Assembly: GCF_051903065.1 (NCBI RefSeq)
Contig: NZ_CP178438.1
Length of the DNA: 64,000 bases
Strand: one strand, 5' to 3'
From: Escherichia coli
GTDB lineage: Bacteria; Pseudomonadota; Gammaproteobacteria; Enterobacterales; Enterobacteriaceae
Below, piece by piece: positions 12,994 to 21,937 of this stretch. The translations under genes and the position numbers were made by a program. How positions within the stretch are numbered: the stretch's first letter is position 1; the number at the start of each line of letters is the position of its first letter. The notes beneath the pieces were generated by a model, which saw only the letters and a list, made by a program, of their open reading frames with translations, searched no databases and had not been told where the DNA came from.

Positions 12994-14157
12994 TTACACA
13001 TCATTAGTACCTTCCTTATTTTTTGACTGGGACAAATTTGGGACCGATGGGTTCAGGATCGAGTCTATTTGCCGTGCGTGTTCGGTAAGGTGATTAGGTG
13101 CAAGGTGAGCATATCGACGAACCATTTCGATAGACTCCCAGCCTCCCATTTCCTGTAACACTGACAACGGGACTCCGGCTTGAACTAGCCAACTTGCCCA
13201 GGTGTGTCTCAAGTCGTGAAATCTGAAATCATCAATACCAGCCCGTCTCAGCGCCGCTTTCCAGGCTGTGTTTGCGTCATACCGCATCTTCCTTACTGTT
13301 GGCGCTTTCGTTCCGTCTGGTTTGGTACAGCTTTCCTTGTACACAAATACCCAACGGTGATGATTCCCGATTTGTTTTTTCAAAACGCGACATGCAGTAT
13401 CATTCAGCGCAACGCCAATTGCGCGGTTTGATTTACTCTCTTCCGGGTTTATCCATGCCACCCGGCGCTGCATGTCTATTTGTTGCCATTCAAGGTTGAT
13501 GATGTTCGAGCGTCTTAAGCCTGTTGCCAGTGCAAATTCAACAACAGACTTTAATGGCTCCGGACATTCATCAATCAGCCTTTGTGCTTCATGGGGCTCC
13601 AGCCAGCGGATCCGTTTATTCTTTGGTTGAGGCACTTTAATAATTGGTGCCTTATCCAGCATTTTCCATTCACGCTCTGCGGCTCTTAGTAGGGCCTTTA
13701 TAAATGAAAGATGCGTAGCCTTCGTTGCAACGGACGCTGGTTTTGGCGTGTATTCTGGAACAGGTTTCCCTTTTTTTCTGCATGCTTCTGCCCTGAGTCT
13801 CCAGTTTTCCTCATGACGCCGGTTCGTCATTTTCTGCATTGCTGAATAAATTTTTGATTCAGTAATGTCTCTTAGTTGCATTCCTGCGAAATGTTGAAGC
13901 CAGAATCCGATCCGGCTTTTGTCATCGTCCAGTGATTTTTTATGTGCTTTCTCTTCAAGCCACCTGACACACGCTTCCTCGAACGTTATATCAGGTATTT
14001 CACCAAGTTTGCTGACCCGCCATGCTTCAGCCTTTAGCTTGTCATGGAGTTCTGTCGCCTGCCTTTTGTCCTTTGTTCCAAGAGACTGTTTAAATCTTTT
14101 ACCGTTCGGCAATGTGAAACTGGCGTACCATATTTCACCTCTGCGGAAGAGTGACAT
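12994..14157 (-). CDS. int: tyrosine integrase, P22 Int-like
   Basis: 387 aa, [31 protein letters not shown]..., catalytic [15 protein letters not shown]...VRRYAHL; adjacent to thrW. Confidence 0.95.
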   Translation of the reverse strand: MSLFRRGEIWYASFTLPNGKRFKQSLGTKDKRQATELHDKLKAEAWRVSKLGEIPDITFEEACVRWLEEKAHKKSLDDDKSRIGFWLQHFAGMQLRDITESKIYSAMQKMTNRRHEENWRLRAEACRKKGKPVPEYTPKPASVATKATHLSFIKALLRAAEREWKMLDKAPIIKVPQPKNKRIRWLEPHEAQRLIDECPEPLKSVVEFALATGLRRSNIINLEWQQIDMQRRVAWINPEESKSNRAIGVALNDTACRVLKKQIGNHHRWVFVYKESCTKPDGTKAPTVRKMRYDANTAWKAALRRAGIDDFRFHDLRHTWASWLVQAGVPLSVLQEMGGWESIEMVRRYAHLAPNHLTEHARQIDSILNPSVPNLSQSKNKEGTNDV

Positions 14158-14387
14158 TTTCTTTCCTCTGTTATGCCATCACCCGCGCTCACCTGGACAG
14201 TATGCAGCGGAGACTGAAGAGCCGCAATGCAGGCTTGTCGTGTTGTGAGGTAAGGAGATTTATTCTTAGTGGGATCTTTGCGTGTTGCCTGAAGACGCCC
14301 TGTGCGTATCCAGTTAATGGCAGTCGGTCTGGATATCTTGAGAAAATGACAGGCCTCATCGAGTGTGAGGCTGTATGGCTCCATTAT
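14034..14387 (-). CDS. xis: excisionase
   Basis: ~117 aa from [33 protein letters not shown] (HTH); overlaps the int 5' end as in P22. Confidence 0.8.
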   Translation of the reverse strand: MMEPYSLTLDEACHFLKISRPTAINWIRTGRLQATRKDPTKNKSPYLTTRQACIAALQSPLHTVQVSAGDGITEERKCHSSAEVKYGTPVSHCRTVKDLNSLLEQRTKGRRQNSMTS

Positions 14388-14689
14388 TTCACCTCTTGCT
14401 GTGACATTGTTGAAAAATGGATACCAGCTCGTTGCTGCCAGACGATCCAACCGAGAGTCATATCCCATGCCATGTATTCGTTATCGCCGTTTTTTGCTCT
14501 CCGACGATCTACTAAGTCACCGAAACGCTTTTCCATGAATAATTCATAAGCTTCGCGTTCATCTGGTTCTACTTCCAGAGATAGGAGTGCGATTTCATAA
14601 GCACGGCGCTCAATATCGTCTCGCACGTCAAGGCTGCTGATACGCTCTTTAATTTCTTTAATCAGTTCTTTGTCGGTAAAAGTGGTCAT
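14384..14689 (-). CDS. hypothetical prophage early protein
   Basis: 101 aa ORF translationally coupled within the leftward early operon. Confidence 0.5.
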   Translation of the reverse strand: MTTFTDKELIKEIKERISSLDVRDDIERRAYEIALLSLEVEPDEREAYELFMEKRFGDLVDRRRAKNGDNEYMAWDMTLGWIVWQQRAGIHFSTMSQQEVK

Positions 14690-15051
14690 TATGCTCCAGC
14701 CTCCGGTGCTTTTGGCATTACTGCCCAGTGAGTGATATTGACGTTTTCAAGGTCCCCGACCTGAAATGTCCACTGCCATTCTCCGGTTTCTTTTTGTCCC
14801 CAGGTGTACCAGAGAGAACGCCAGCCAATTAGCCAGCCTTCTCCGTTAGCATCGAATAACAAAACACTTTCATTTGCTGGTGGCAGTTCAGTTGACACTG
14901 GTATTACTTTGTTTTCCTGTGCTGCACATTTAGCTTCAAGCGCATCGAATTTACGCACTAGGTATTCAGCATCTGTTTCATTTACTTTCAGATCTCGCGG
15001 TACACATCTCCCACGAAGAAACCCTTCCATTTCGAAAACATTCATGCGCAT
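14689..15051 (-). CDS. DUF551-like prophage protein
   Basis: 120 aa, W-rich C-terminus (GWLIGWRSLWYTWGQKETGEWQW) typical of lambdoid DUF551 proteins. Confidence 0.5.
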   Translation of the reverse strand: MRMNVFEMEGFLRGRCVPRDLKVNETDAEYLVRKFDALEAKCAAQENKVIPVSTELPPANESVLLFDANGEGWLIGWRSLWYTWGQKETGEWQWTFQVGDLENVNITHWAVMPKAPEAGA

Positions 15052-15578
15052 TTGCGTAACTCCGATAACTCGTTAAAGCGTTCCATAAACATCCCGTAGG
15101 CATGGCCCGGTGCCAGTGGAATCACGTTGAACATCTCTGTTGCCGGGATACCTTCCAGTACAGGCCAGAAAGAGCCATCATCAAGCCCGAGATCGCGGCG
15201 TTCGGTTGCCAGCATGATGAGATCGGCATATTTCACGGGCGTACTCATAACTGGGGGTAACCCGTATTTCTCACGGATTACGGCGTCTATTTTTTCTTCC
15301 ATTTGTTTATAGTCAGGAAGAAGGCGTTTCAGTGGTGCGGGAATGTCCTGGCAATACGCTTCTGTTGCATCATGCATTAACGCTTCAAAAGCAAATTCCT
15401 GCGGCACCAGCTGGCTGCAAAGAACCGCATGTTGGGCGACGCTGTAGAAGTGCGAAAGATGACCGGCAAAGCGACAGATATTTGAAAGGGAAACCGCGAT
15501 ATCGTTAATATCGATGTCGTCTTTATTTATCCTGTCATAATAAAAATGCTTCCCGGAAAAAGTTTTAATAAATGACAT
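15042..15578 (-). CDS. HD-domain phosphohydrolase (YfdR-like 5'-deoxynucleotidase)
   Basis: MSFIKTFSGKHFYYDRINKDD..., HD motif context AQHAVLCSQL...MHDATEAY. Confidence 0.7.
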   Translation of the reverse strand: MSFIKTFSGKHFYYDRINKDDIDINDIAVSLSNICRFAGHLSHFYSVAQHAVLCSQLVPQEFAFEALMHDATEAYCQDIPAPLKRLLPDYKQMEEKIDAVIREKYGLPPVMSTPVKYADLIMLATERRDLGLDDGSFWPVLEGIPATEMFNVIPLAPGHAYGMFMERFNELSELRKCA

Positions 15579-15705
15579 TTTGTTCTCCACGTATATGCGC
15601 TGCACCGCGCTGAATTCTGGTAAAAAGAATCCCTCACCATCCGGCGATTATTGAGTAAATTACGTTTCCATAAATGCCCCCGCAGGGGCATTTGCAGTAA
15701 TGAAA

Positions 15706-16530
15706 TCAGGCGGTGAAAGTACCAATAAAGGTTTCTACTTTGCTGTCCTTGAATTTCTCAACAAGCAGATCACGAAATTCGTTAGCCATTTCTTCCTGCA
15801 CCGCCTCCAGCTGAATAATGCGCAGAACCAGTACAGGACGATCGCCAGTGATAATACTGAGGCGTAATTTAAACGGACGTTCTTTCAGACCTTCAAACGG
15901 AACGCATTTAAATTCAAATGCCACTGGCATAATGTCTTTGGTCTTCGCTTCGACAGACTCCATCAGGGAGCGTTTGCCGCTGAAGTCATTATCTTCAAAA
16001 TCAGCGGTCTGGTTTGCTTCAATCGTGATTTTACGGACAGCCGCAGCCGCTTTTGTTGCCTGAATAGCGTCACCATTAGCATCAAAGCCCACAAGATAGT
16101 CGGCCCAGTCTTCAATCCATTCTGCTAGTGACTTCTGGGAGTTACGCTCGCCGTTAACAGACAACAGAGCAGAGAACGGTGCTGTCTTTTTCAGTTTGAG
16201 TGTGGCGGTGTTATCTGCGTGACCTGGTTCATCAATAGTACCCAGGTTAAGCACACTGACGGCACGCATATTATCAGCATCGATAAAGCAGCGGGTGCCT
16301 TCATCTGCAAGATCTTTAGAATAACGGGTAAAGTCATCGATGCTGGCAGTGGAAAGCGCACCACGGAAACGGAAGCGATTTAAATTAAATTTTTCCAGAT
16401 CATGAATGCGGAAATTCTCAGGCAATGCCACAGCATCGGCACCAATCTTACTGATAATTTCATTAACACCCTGAGCAGAAATAAGGGCATGGATTTGATT
16501 AATTGCGGTTGCGTCTAAGTTCTGAGACAT
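15706..16530 (-). CDS. DUF2303 family protein (YfdQ-like)
   Basis: 274 aa; resemblance to CPS-53 YfdQ and position next to the YfdR-like gene. Confidence 0.6.
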   Translation of the reverse strand: MSQNLDATAINQIHALISAQGVNEIISKIGADAVALPENFRIHDLEKFNLNRFRFRGALSTASIDDFTRYSKDLADEGTRCFIDADNMRAVSVLNLGTIDEPGHADNTATLKLKKTAPFSALLSVNGERNSQKSLAEWIEDWADYLVGFDANGDAIQATKAAAAVRKITIEANQTADFEDNDFSGKRSLMESVEAKTKDIMPVAFEFKCVPFEGLKERPFKLRLSIITGDRPVLVLRIIQLEAVQEEMANEFRDLLVEKFKDSKVETFIGTFTA

Positions 16531-16595
16531 AATAAGTCCTCACTATATAAAGATATTCAGTGATGAGATAAATAATCAGTTAATTAAAAACGATA

Positions 16596-16958
16596 TTAAC
16601 GACCTGCTGCGCGGAGTTTTCCGTCAGGTTCACCGGCAAGAGTCAGTAACTGTCCCTGGTCTTCCTGCAGAATAGTCAGGCGACCACCGCGATTGACATA
16701 CATCGGCGTTTCGGTGGTGTCTTCTTCGGAAATTTTCCCGCGGTTAGTCGGGCGAACATATGAGAGTTTGTGTTTGATTTTCACTCGGTTCTCATCAAAC
16801 GGTTCGATTTCCAGGTTGAGCGAGACCTTACCTTTGGTTTTCGTGTTCATCACACCGGAAGCGACTTCACTGAGAACTGCGCCGATTTTGGTTTCAAATA
16901 CGCCGCCGTCCAGCTCCCCGATAAATGCCTGCACATCAGTACTGCGTTCGCTAGCCAT
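16596..16958 (-). CDS. hypothetical prophage protein (YfdP-like by position)
   Basis: 120 aa from MASERSTDVQAF... with AGGAG RBS 8 nt upstream; the longer track ORF is a 5' extension. Confidence 0.5.
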   Translation of the reverse strand: MASERSTDVQAFIGELDGGVFETKIGAVLSEVASGVMNTKTKGKVSLNLEIEPFDENRVKIKHKLSYVRPTNRGKISEEDTTETPMYVNRGGRLTILQEDQGQLLTLAGEPDGKLRAAGR

Positions 16959-17090
16959 TTTGCTGCTCCTCATCATATCGACCCTGCAAGGTCGGTTAGT
17001 TTCTCCACAAAACAGAGAAGAACACCTGCGGTGACTGCCGCCCGGATGGATTGGGTTATGAGCCCGTCGTCCGGTGATGCTCTTCTCTGT

Positions 17091-17139
17091 TTTGTAAAAA
17101 GGACGGTACCAGCCGGAAGCAAGAGTACAAGCTGGTACC
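17091..17139 (-). terminator. intrinsic terminator (tL-like) upstream of the leftward early genes
   Basis: 9-bp stem GGTACCAGC/GCTGGTACC followed on the minus strand by a T-run. Confidence 0.5.
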
Positions 17140-17426
17140 GCCAAGACTACACACAGCATAAAGTTGTGGTGCCGGGTGCCTCCCGGTGCCTGGCGAAGGT
17201 TGCACACCAGGCGGGTGGGTATCCACAGAAGGTCGACTGTCAGCCTCAACCTTAACCCGCGTGCGCTGAGCCGCATTCACCACAACGCTAAGGATTCTCT
17301 CTGGTTGAAAATACTTAGCTGTTATGTGCCTGCTTTTAGCCACATCAGGCGAGGTGGACCTAGTTATTCCCCAACAACAAGGATTCGGTTAATCTGGTTA
17401 TCCCCAACAACGCAAAAGGAAAAGAA

Positions 17427-17861
17427 ATGTCCGGTAATATCTATACGCTGTACAAATCCCACTGTGAAAATGTTGGAAAGTATCGGGGCATTGAAATCAG
17501 TGGGGTAGTGTCATCAGTCGAAATAAGCAAAGTTGAATCAAGGGCAACATTACTTACTCTTTTGGACCTTGTCTTACATGAGCACCGGAAGAAATTCGGC
17601 ACTCCCTATAATCAGTTGAATGGGAAAAAGGCTCTGGTTCACCTTATTCTGATGAAGCATCACTGGATGCCAAAACAGATTAATGAGATGAAATTTGATG
17701 AACTTCTTCTTTCAATTCAGGATGAACTCACACTTGATAAAATAAGCGTAACCGCCCAGAAATTTTTAGATTATCGAGACTGGAGATCACAAATTCATCA
17801 CTTTGATGATTTTGACGAAAATGAATGGGATCCTAATTTGTCTGCACAATATCTAAAGTAA
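17427..17861 (+). CDS. hypothetical AT-rich moron protein in immunity region
   Basis: 144 aa ORF on the opposite strand to flanking early genes; preceded by two GTTAT(T)CCCCAACAAC direct repeats. Confidence 0.55.
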   Translation: MSGNIYTLYKSHCENVGKYRGIEISGVVSSVEISKVESRATLLTLLDLVLHEHRKKFGTPYNQLNGKKALVHLILMKHHWMPKQINEMKFDELLLSIQDELTLDKISVTAQKFLDYRDWRSQIHHFDDFDENEWDPNLSAQYLK

Positions 17862-18039
17862 CATCCTGTGATAAAACCGTGATTTCCTGATCCAGTTTTT
17901 TTAAGGAGTCTATTGTTTCCTGTCGATAAGACAGCACTTCACGAAGCTGGTTTATAGCTGCCAGCTTCTTTGTCATCCACTCATAAATTTCCTCATCTGT
18001 GTAGCCAGGCGCGACGATTTTGGGTTCTGTTTTGTGCAT
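17833..18039 (-). CDS. small hypothetical protein, first gene of leftward (pL-like) transcript
   Basis: 68 aa from MHKTEPKIV with GAGGAG RBS 7 nt upstream; overlaps the 3' end of the convergent gene. Confidence 0.45.
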   Translation of the reverse strand: MHKTEPKIVAPGYTDEEIYEWMTKKLAAINQLREVLSYRQETIDSLKKLDQEITVLSQDVTLDIVQTN

Positions 18040-18098
18040 TTCACATCTCCTCAAGTTATCAGTTACTTGTTGATGGGGACCAGATTGTTAAAGAGCTA

Positions 18099-18122
18099 AG
18101 CGTCCTGTAGGGCGCTTTTTTG
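18099..18122 (+). terminator. intrinsic terminator
   Basis: AGCGTCC-loop-GGGCGCT hairpin followed by TTTTTT. Confidence 0.5.
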
Positions 18123-18196
18123 TTGCTAACGAATCATCCTGGACTTCATATGCTCCAGGCGGCTACTTCGTGGGCGTCCTGCCTGTTCGTTGTTTC

Positions 18197-18234
18197 GCTT
18201 GGGTACATTATGTATCTCAAAGGTACATTGTCAA
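18197..18234. promoter_or_regulatory. OL-like operator/promoter region
   Basis: GGTACA half-sites (CTTGGGTACATT...AAGGTACATTGTCAAG) related to the OR palindromes. Confidence 0.45.
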
Positions 18235-18235
18235 G

Positions 18236-18260
18236 TATAAAAAAACCTGCCGAAGCAGGT
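18236..18260 (-). terminator. intrinsic terminator downstream of cI
   Basis: ACCTGC-CGAA-GCAGGT hairpin followed by a T-run on the minus strand, just after the cI stop. Confidence 0.55.
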
Positions 18261-18273
18261 TCATAAACATTGA

Positions 18274-18948
18274 TTAGGCTTTGATTTTGTATCTTCTTGG
18301 TTTTCCTGAGAAAATCACTGTACCAATTATAGAGCAATTACCGTTGATCTTAATGTAAGGCTCAGGCCAGTTTGGGTTTAACGCTTTGAGATAACGCTGT
18401 GTCCCATCTTCTATCAACCTTTTGAAGGTGGTTTCGCCTGTATCGTGCATCAATGCAATAACGTCGTCACCGTGGCAGGCAGGTACTTCAGGATCGACAA
18501 AAATCATGTCTCCCGGGCGGTACTCATCAATCATTGAATCACCTATCACCCGCAAGATATAAGTCATTTCCCCACAGGGTACAGGGCAGGGATACGTTTC
18601 TGCTGTGCTCAAATCAACCTCAGAATATCCAACTTCTTTCCATGCTCCGGCCTGTACCCATGATATGACAGGGACTAATGTGATTTGTTTATTAGTGATT
18701 GAAACATCAGGTTTTTTTGTGATGTTCGTTGTCTGGTGTTCTTGATCGAGCCATCCGACAGGCAGGTCGAAACATTTTTCGATGTGTCGTGCCATGCTGT
18801 CACCGATATTTTTAGTAGCACCATCTCCCATAAACCTGCTGGTCTGGGTTGGCTCGCGATCAATCATAGTGGCAAAGGAAGAATTCCCGCCAACACCATC
18901 TCTCAGTTTTCTGGCGTTAGACCGCCGGATGTCATGGATTGTTTTCAT
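18274..18948 (-). CDS. cI: CI-like repressor (HTH + S24 LexA-like peptidase domain)
   Basis: 224 aa, C-terminal S24 motifs (VIGDSM...YRPGDMIFVDPE...GDDVIALMHDTGETTFKRL); divergent from cro. Confidence 0.9.
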   Translation of the reverse strand: MKTIHDIRRSNARKLRDGVGGNSSFATMIDREPTQTSRFMGDGATKNIGDSMARHIEKCFDLPVGWLDQEHQTTNITKKPDVSITNKQITLVPVISWVQAGAWKEVGYSEVDLSTAETYPCPVPCGEMTYILRVIGDSMIDEYRPGDMIFVDPEVPACHGDDVIALMHDTGETTFKRLIEDGTQRYLKALNPNWPEPYIKINGNCSIIGTVIFSGKPRRYKIKA

Positions 18949-18963
18949 AACGAAATTAAAACC

Positions 18964-19033
18964 CTTGTACCGTTAAGGTACAAGTATCTTGAAGGTTCAT
19001 TTCAATCATGTAATATGTACACCGGAGGTACAT
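18964..19033. promoter_or_regulatory. OR operator/promoter region (pRM/pR)
   Basis: Perfect palindrome CTTGTACCGTTAAGGTACAAG (18964-18984) and imperfect ATGTACACCGGAGGTACAT (19015-19033) between cI and cro. Confidence 0.7.
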
Positions 19034-19038
19034 ATTGT

Positions 19039-19239
19039 ATGAAAGCGTATTGGGACTCTTTAACCAAAGAACAGCAGGGCGAGTTGGCCGGAAAAGTTGG
19101 CTCAACACCTGGCTACTTACGGCTGGTTTTCAATGGCTATAAAAAAGCCAGTTTTGTGCTGGCTAAAAAACTTGAGCAATGCACGTCAGGTGCAATTACG
19201 AAATCTGACTTAAGACCGGATATCTATCCGAAAGATTAG
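19039..19239 (+). CDS. cro: Cro-like repressor
   Basis: 66 aa MKAYWDSLTKEQQGELAGKVGSTPGYLRLVFNG..., GGAGG RBS; the track ORF 18736-19239 is a 5' extension. Confidence 0.8.
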   Translation: MKAYWDSLTKEQQGELAGKVGSTPGYLRLVFNGYKKASFVLAKKLEQCTSGAITKSDLRPDIYPKD

Positions 19240-19270
19240 CAGAACACTTTCAATTTTTAACCACAGAACG

Positions 19271-19834
19271 ATGAGGCTAACCGTGGGTAAGCATCACTGG
19301 AAAATAGAAAAACAGCCTGAGTGGTACGTGAAAGCTGTCAGAAAAACTATCGCGGCGTTGCCGGGTGGTTACGCTGAAGCGGCTGACTGGCTCGATGTAA
19401 CAGAAAACGCTTTATTCAACCGCCTTCGTGCAGATGGCGATCAGATTTTCCCGCTGGGATGGGCAATGGTTTTACAGCGTGCTGGTGGCACTCACTTCAT
19501 TGCTGATGCTGTGGCGCAGTCTGCAAATGGCGTCTTTGTGTCTCTTCCTGACGTCGAGGATGTGGACAACGCCGATATCAACCAACGCCTGCTGGAAGTC
19601 ATTGAACAGATCGGCAGTTATTCAAAACAGATTCGTTCAGCAATTGAAGACGGTGTAGTGGAACCGCATGAGAAGACAGCAATTAACGATGAGCTGTACC
19701 TCTCAATTTCGAAGCTGCAGGAGCATGCAGCACTGGTCTACAAAATCTTTTGCGTTTCAGAAAGTAGTGACGCCCGCGAGTGTGCAGCTCCGGGCGCCGT
19801 GGCGTGTCGTGACTGTGGAGAAACTAACGCATGA
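19271..19834 (+). CDS. CII-like regulatory protein (CP76/YdaT-like), tentative
   Basis: 187 aa, position immediately after cro; family assignment from memory only. Confidence 0.45.
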   Translation: MRLTVGKHHWKIEKQPEWYVKAVRKTIAALPGGYAEAADWLDVTENALFNRLRADGDQIFPLGWAMVLQRAGGTHFIADAVAQSANGVFVSLPDVEDVDNADINQRLLEVIEQIGSYSKQIRSAIEDGVVEPHEKTAINDELYLSISKLQEHAALVYKIFCVSESSDARECAAPGAVACRDCGETNA

Positions 19835-20169
19835 ACAGTTTAACAACACACTACCGTCGCTCGCAACTGATTGCGCTTCCTGTACCGGGTGGAAAAGCGA
19901 AGGTGGAGTATTGCTATGCAGTAAATGTACCAGGTGACAGGGAAATTGTAACCCACAGCTTTGCAGAGTGGGCTGTGGGTGATTTCAACCGGCAGAAGGA
20001 GACAGTCCTTTGCGACAAGTTAACCGCTGGTTCAAAGATCACTACGGAGTGCCCGTCAGAGTCATTCGTTGGGAGCCGGAAACACAACGGGTTATCTACC
20101 TCCGTGAAGGCTATGAGCATGAGTGCTTCAGCCCGCTCGAACAGTTTCGTCGTAAATTCAGGGAAATAG
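19831..20169 (+). CDS. hypothetical protein, possibly frameshifted
   Basis: 112 aa ORF; an alternative frame (19983-20189) encodes ...[55 protein letters not shown], overlapping the next start. Confidence 0.35.
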   Translation: MNSLTTHYRRSQLIALPVPGGKAKVEYCYAVNVPGDREIVTHSFAEWAVGDFNRQKETVLCDKLTAGSKITTECPSESFVGSRKHNGLSTSVKAMSMSASARSNSFVVNSGK

Positions 20170-20178
20170 AGGTCGGTC

Positions 20179-21120
20179 ATGAGCACTAAATTAACCGGCT
20201 ATGTATGGGATGGTTGCGCTGCGTCAGGCATGAAATTATCCAGCGTGGCAATTATGGCCCGCCTGGCTGATTTCAGTAATGACGAAGGTGTGTGCTGGCC
20301 ATCAATTGAAACCATTGCCCGTCAGATTGGCGCGGGGATGAGTACCGTCAGAACGGCTATCGCACGGCTGGAAGCAGAAGGCTGGTTAACGCGTAAGGCG
20401 CGTCGCCAGGGTAACCGCAATGCGTCGAATGTTTATCAGCTTAACGTTGCGAAGCTTCAGGCAGCGGCATTTTCTCAACTGTCAGATTCTGACCCGTCAA
20501 AATCTGACGCATCAAAATCTGACCCGTCAAAATTTGATGCGTCGAAATCTGGCAAAAAAGCGGGTTTTCACCCGTCAGAATCTGGCGGGGATCCGTCAGT
20601 AAAATCAAAACATGATCCGTCAGATAAAAAAACTTCTCGTCCGGACGCTTCGCAACCGGACACGCAGACGGCTGAACAGGAGTTTTTAACTCGCCATCCT
20701 GATGCGGTTGTATTCAGCCCTAAAAAGCGCCAGTGGGGAACGCAGGATGATTTGACCTGCGCACAGTGGCTCTGGAAAAAAATCATCGCCCTGTACGAGC
20801 TGGCCGCCGAATGTGACGGCGAGGTGGTTCGTCCCAAAGAACCGAACTGGACAGCCTGGGCAAACGAAATTCGCCTGATGTGTGTGCAGGATGGTCGTAC
20901 TCACAAACAAATCTGCGAGATGTACAGCCGCGTCAGCCGCGATCCGTTCTGGTGCCGTAACGTGCTCAGCCCGTCGAAGCTGCGGGAAAAATGGGATGAG
21001 CTTTCCCTGCGCTTATCGCCGTCCATCAGCACATACACAGAAAAACGCGAAGACCCGTATTTCAAATCCAGTTACGACAACGTGGACTACAGCCAGATCC
21101 CGGCAGGATTCAGGGGGTGA
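20179..21120 (+). CDS. replication initiation protein (O-like)
   Basis: 313 aa, N-terminal HTH region, low-complexity SKSD repeats, conserved C-terminal domain; iterons within the gene. Confidence 0.75.
   Translation: MSTKLTGYVWDGCAASGMKLSSVAIMARLADFSNDEGVCWPSIETIARQIGAGMSTVRTAIARLEAEGWLTRKARRQGNRNASNVYQLNVAKLQAAAFSQLSDSDPSKSDASKSDPSKFDASKSGKKAGFHPSESGGDPSVKSKHDPSDKKTSRPDASQPDTQTAEQEFLTRHPDAVVFSPKKRQWGTQDDLTCAQWLWKKIIALYELAAECDGEVVRPKEPNWTAWANEIRLMCVQDGRTHKQICEMYSRVSRDPFWCRNVLSPSKLREKWDELSLRLSPSISTYTEKREDPYFKSSYDNVDYSQIPAGFRG
20470..20600 (+). repeat. origin iterons within the replication gene
   Basis: Tandem CCGTCAAAATCTGA-like repeats (at least five) followed by an A-rich stretch. Confidence 0.65.
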
Positions 21121-21611
21121 GCATGAGTCTTTTGAATGAAGTTCAGAAATTCATTGAAGCCCATCCGGGCTGTACTTCCGGAGACATTGCGGATGCTTTT
21201 GCAGGTTACTCACGGCAGCGCGTTCTGCAGTCAGCAAGCAAGTTACGTCAGAGTGGGCGTGTGGCTCACCGTTGTGAAGGGGATACACGCAGACATTTCC
21301 CGCGCCTGACTGAGAGAGCGCAGGAGCCGGAACCACAACCAGTTCGTGAAACCAGACCTGTGCGCAATTTCTATGTCGGCACTAACGATCCACGGGTGAT
21401 TTTGTGCCTGACCCGCCAGGCTGAAGAACTGGAGTCCAGGGGCCTATACCGTCGTGCTGCAACGGTGTGGATGGCGGCATTCCGTGAAAGCCACTCCCAG
21501 CCAGAACGAAACAATTTTCTGGCGCGTCGTGAGCAGTGCTTACAGAAAAGCAGCAAGCGCGCTGCATCGGGTGAAGAGTGGTATCTGTCAGGGAATTACG
21601 TGGGGGCGTAA
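21117..21611 (+). CDS. PerC-like transcriptional regulator, tentative
   Basis: 164 aa; motif GLYRRAATVWMAAF resembles the PerC/Pch family as I recall it. Confidence 0.4.
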   Translation: MSMSLLNEVQKFIEAHPGCTSGDIADAFAGYSRQRVLQSASKLRQSGRVAHRCEGDTRRHFPRLTERAQEPEPQPVRETRPVRNFYVGTNDPRVILCLTRQAEELESRGLYRRAATVWMAAFRESHSQPERNNFLARREQCLQKSSKRAASGEEWYLSGNYVGA

Positions 21612-21937
21612 TGACGACGTTAACTCAATGCCAGCAGCAGGTGCTGGATATGCTGATTTCTTATCAGAAAGAACGTGGCTTCCCGCCAACCAATCAGGAG
21701 GTGGCTACCATGCTGGGATACCGTTCAGTGAATGCAGCGGTGGAGCATCTTCGCGCACTGGAGAAAAAAGGCGTCATCACGATAAAGCGTGGCGTGGCAC
21801 GGGGGATAACGCTTCATACCGCGGTGAAGGACGACGACAGCGAGGCGGTCGGGATTATCCGCTCACTGCTTGCCGGTGAGGAAAACGCCAGGCTGCGTGC
21901 AGCCCACTGGTTACATGAGAGGGGCCTGAAAGTATGA
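21611..21937 (+). CDS. LexA N-terminal DNA-binding-domain protein
   Basis: MTTLTQCQQQVLDMLISYQKERGFPPTNQEVATMLGYRSVNAAVEHLRALEKKGVI parallels the LexA N-domain; no S24 peptidase domain. Confidence 0.6.
   Translation: MTTLTQCQQQVLDMLISYQKERGFPPTNQEVATMLGYRSVNAAVEHLRALEKKGVITIKRGVARGITLHTAVKDDDSEAVGIIRSLLAGEENARLRAAHWLHERGLKV

Noticed and set aside
17056-17508. ORFs of 95 and 114 aa in the 16976-17426 intergenic region
   Set aside because: Pro/Arg-rich junk-like translations overlapping a region better explained as structured non-coding RNA and terminator.
18146-18337. 63-aa minus-strand ORF
   Set aside because: Overlaps the cI 3' end, terminator hairpin and operator region; no RBS.
18736-19038. 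5' extension of the cro ORF (track ORF 18736-19239)
   Set aside because: Extension runs through cI on the opposite strand and the operator region; the real start is the ATG at 19039 with a GGAGG RBS.
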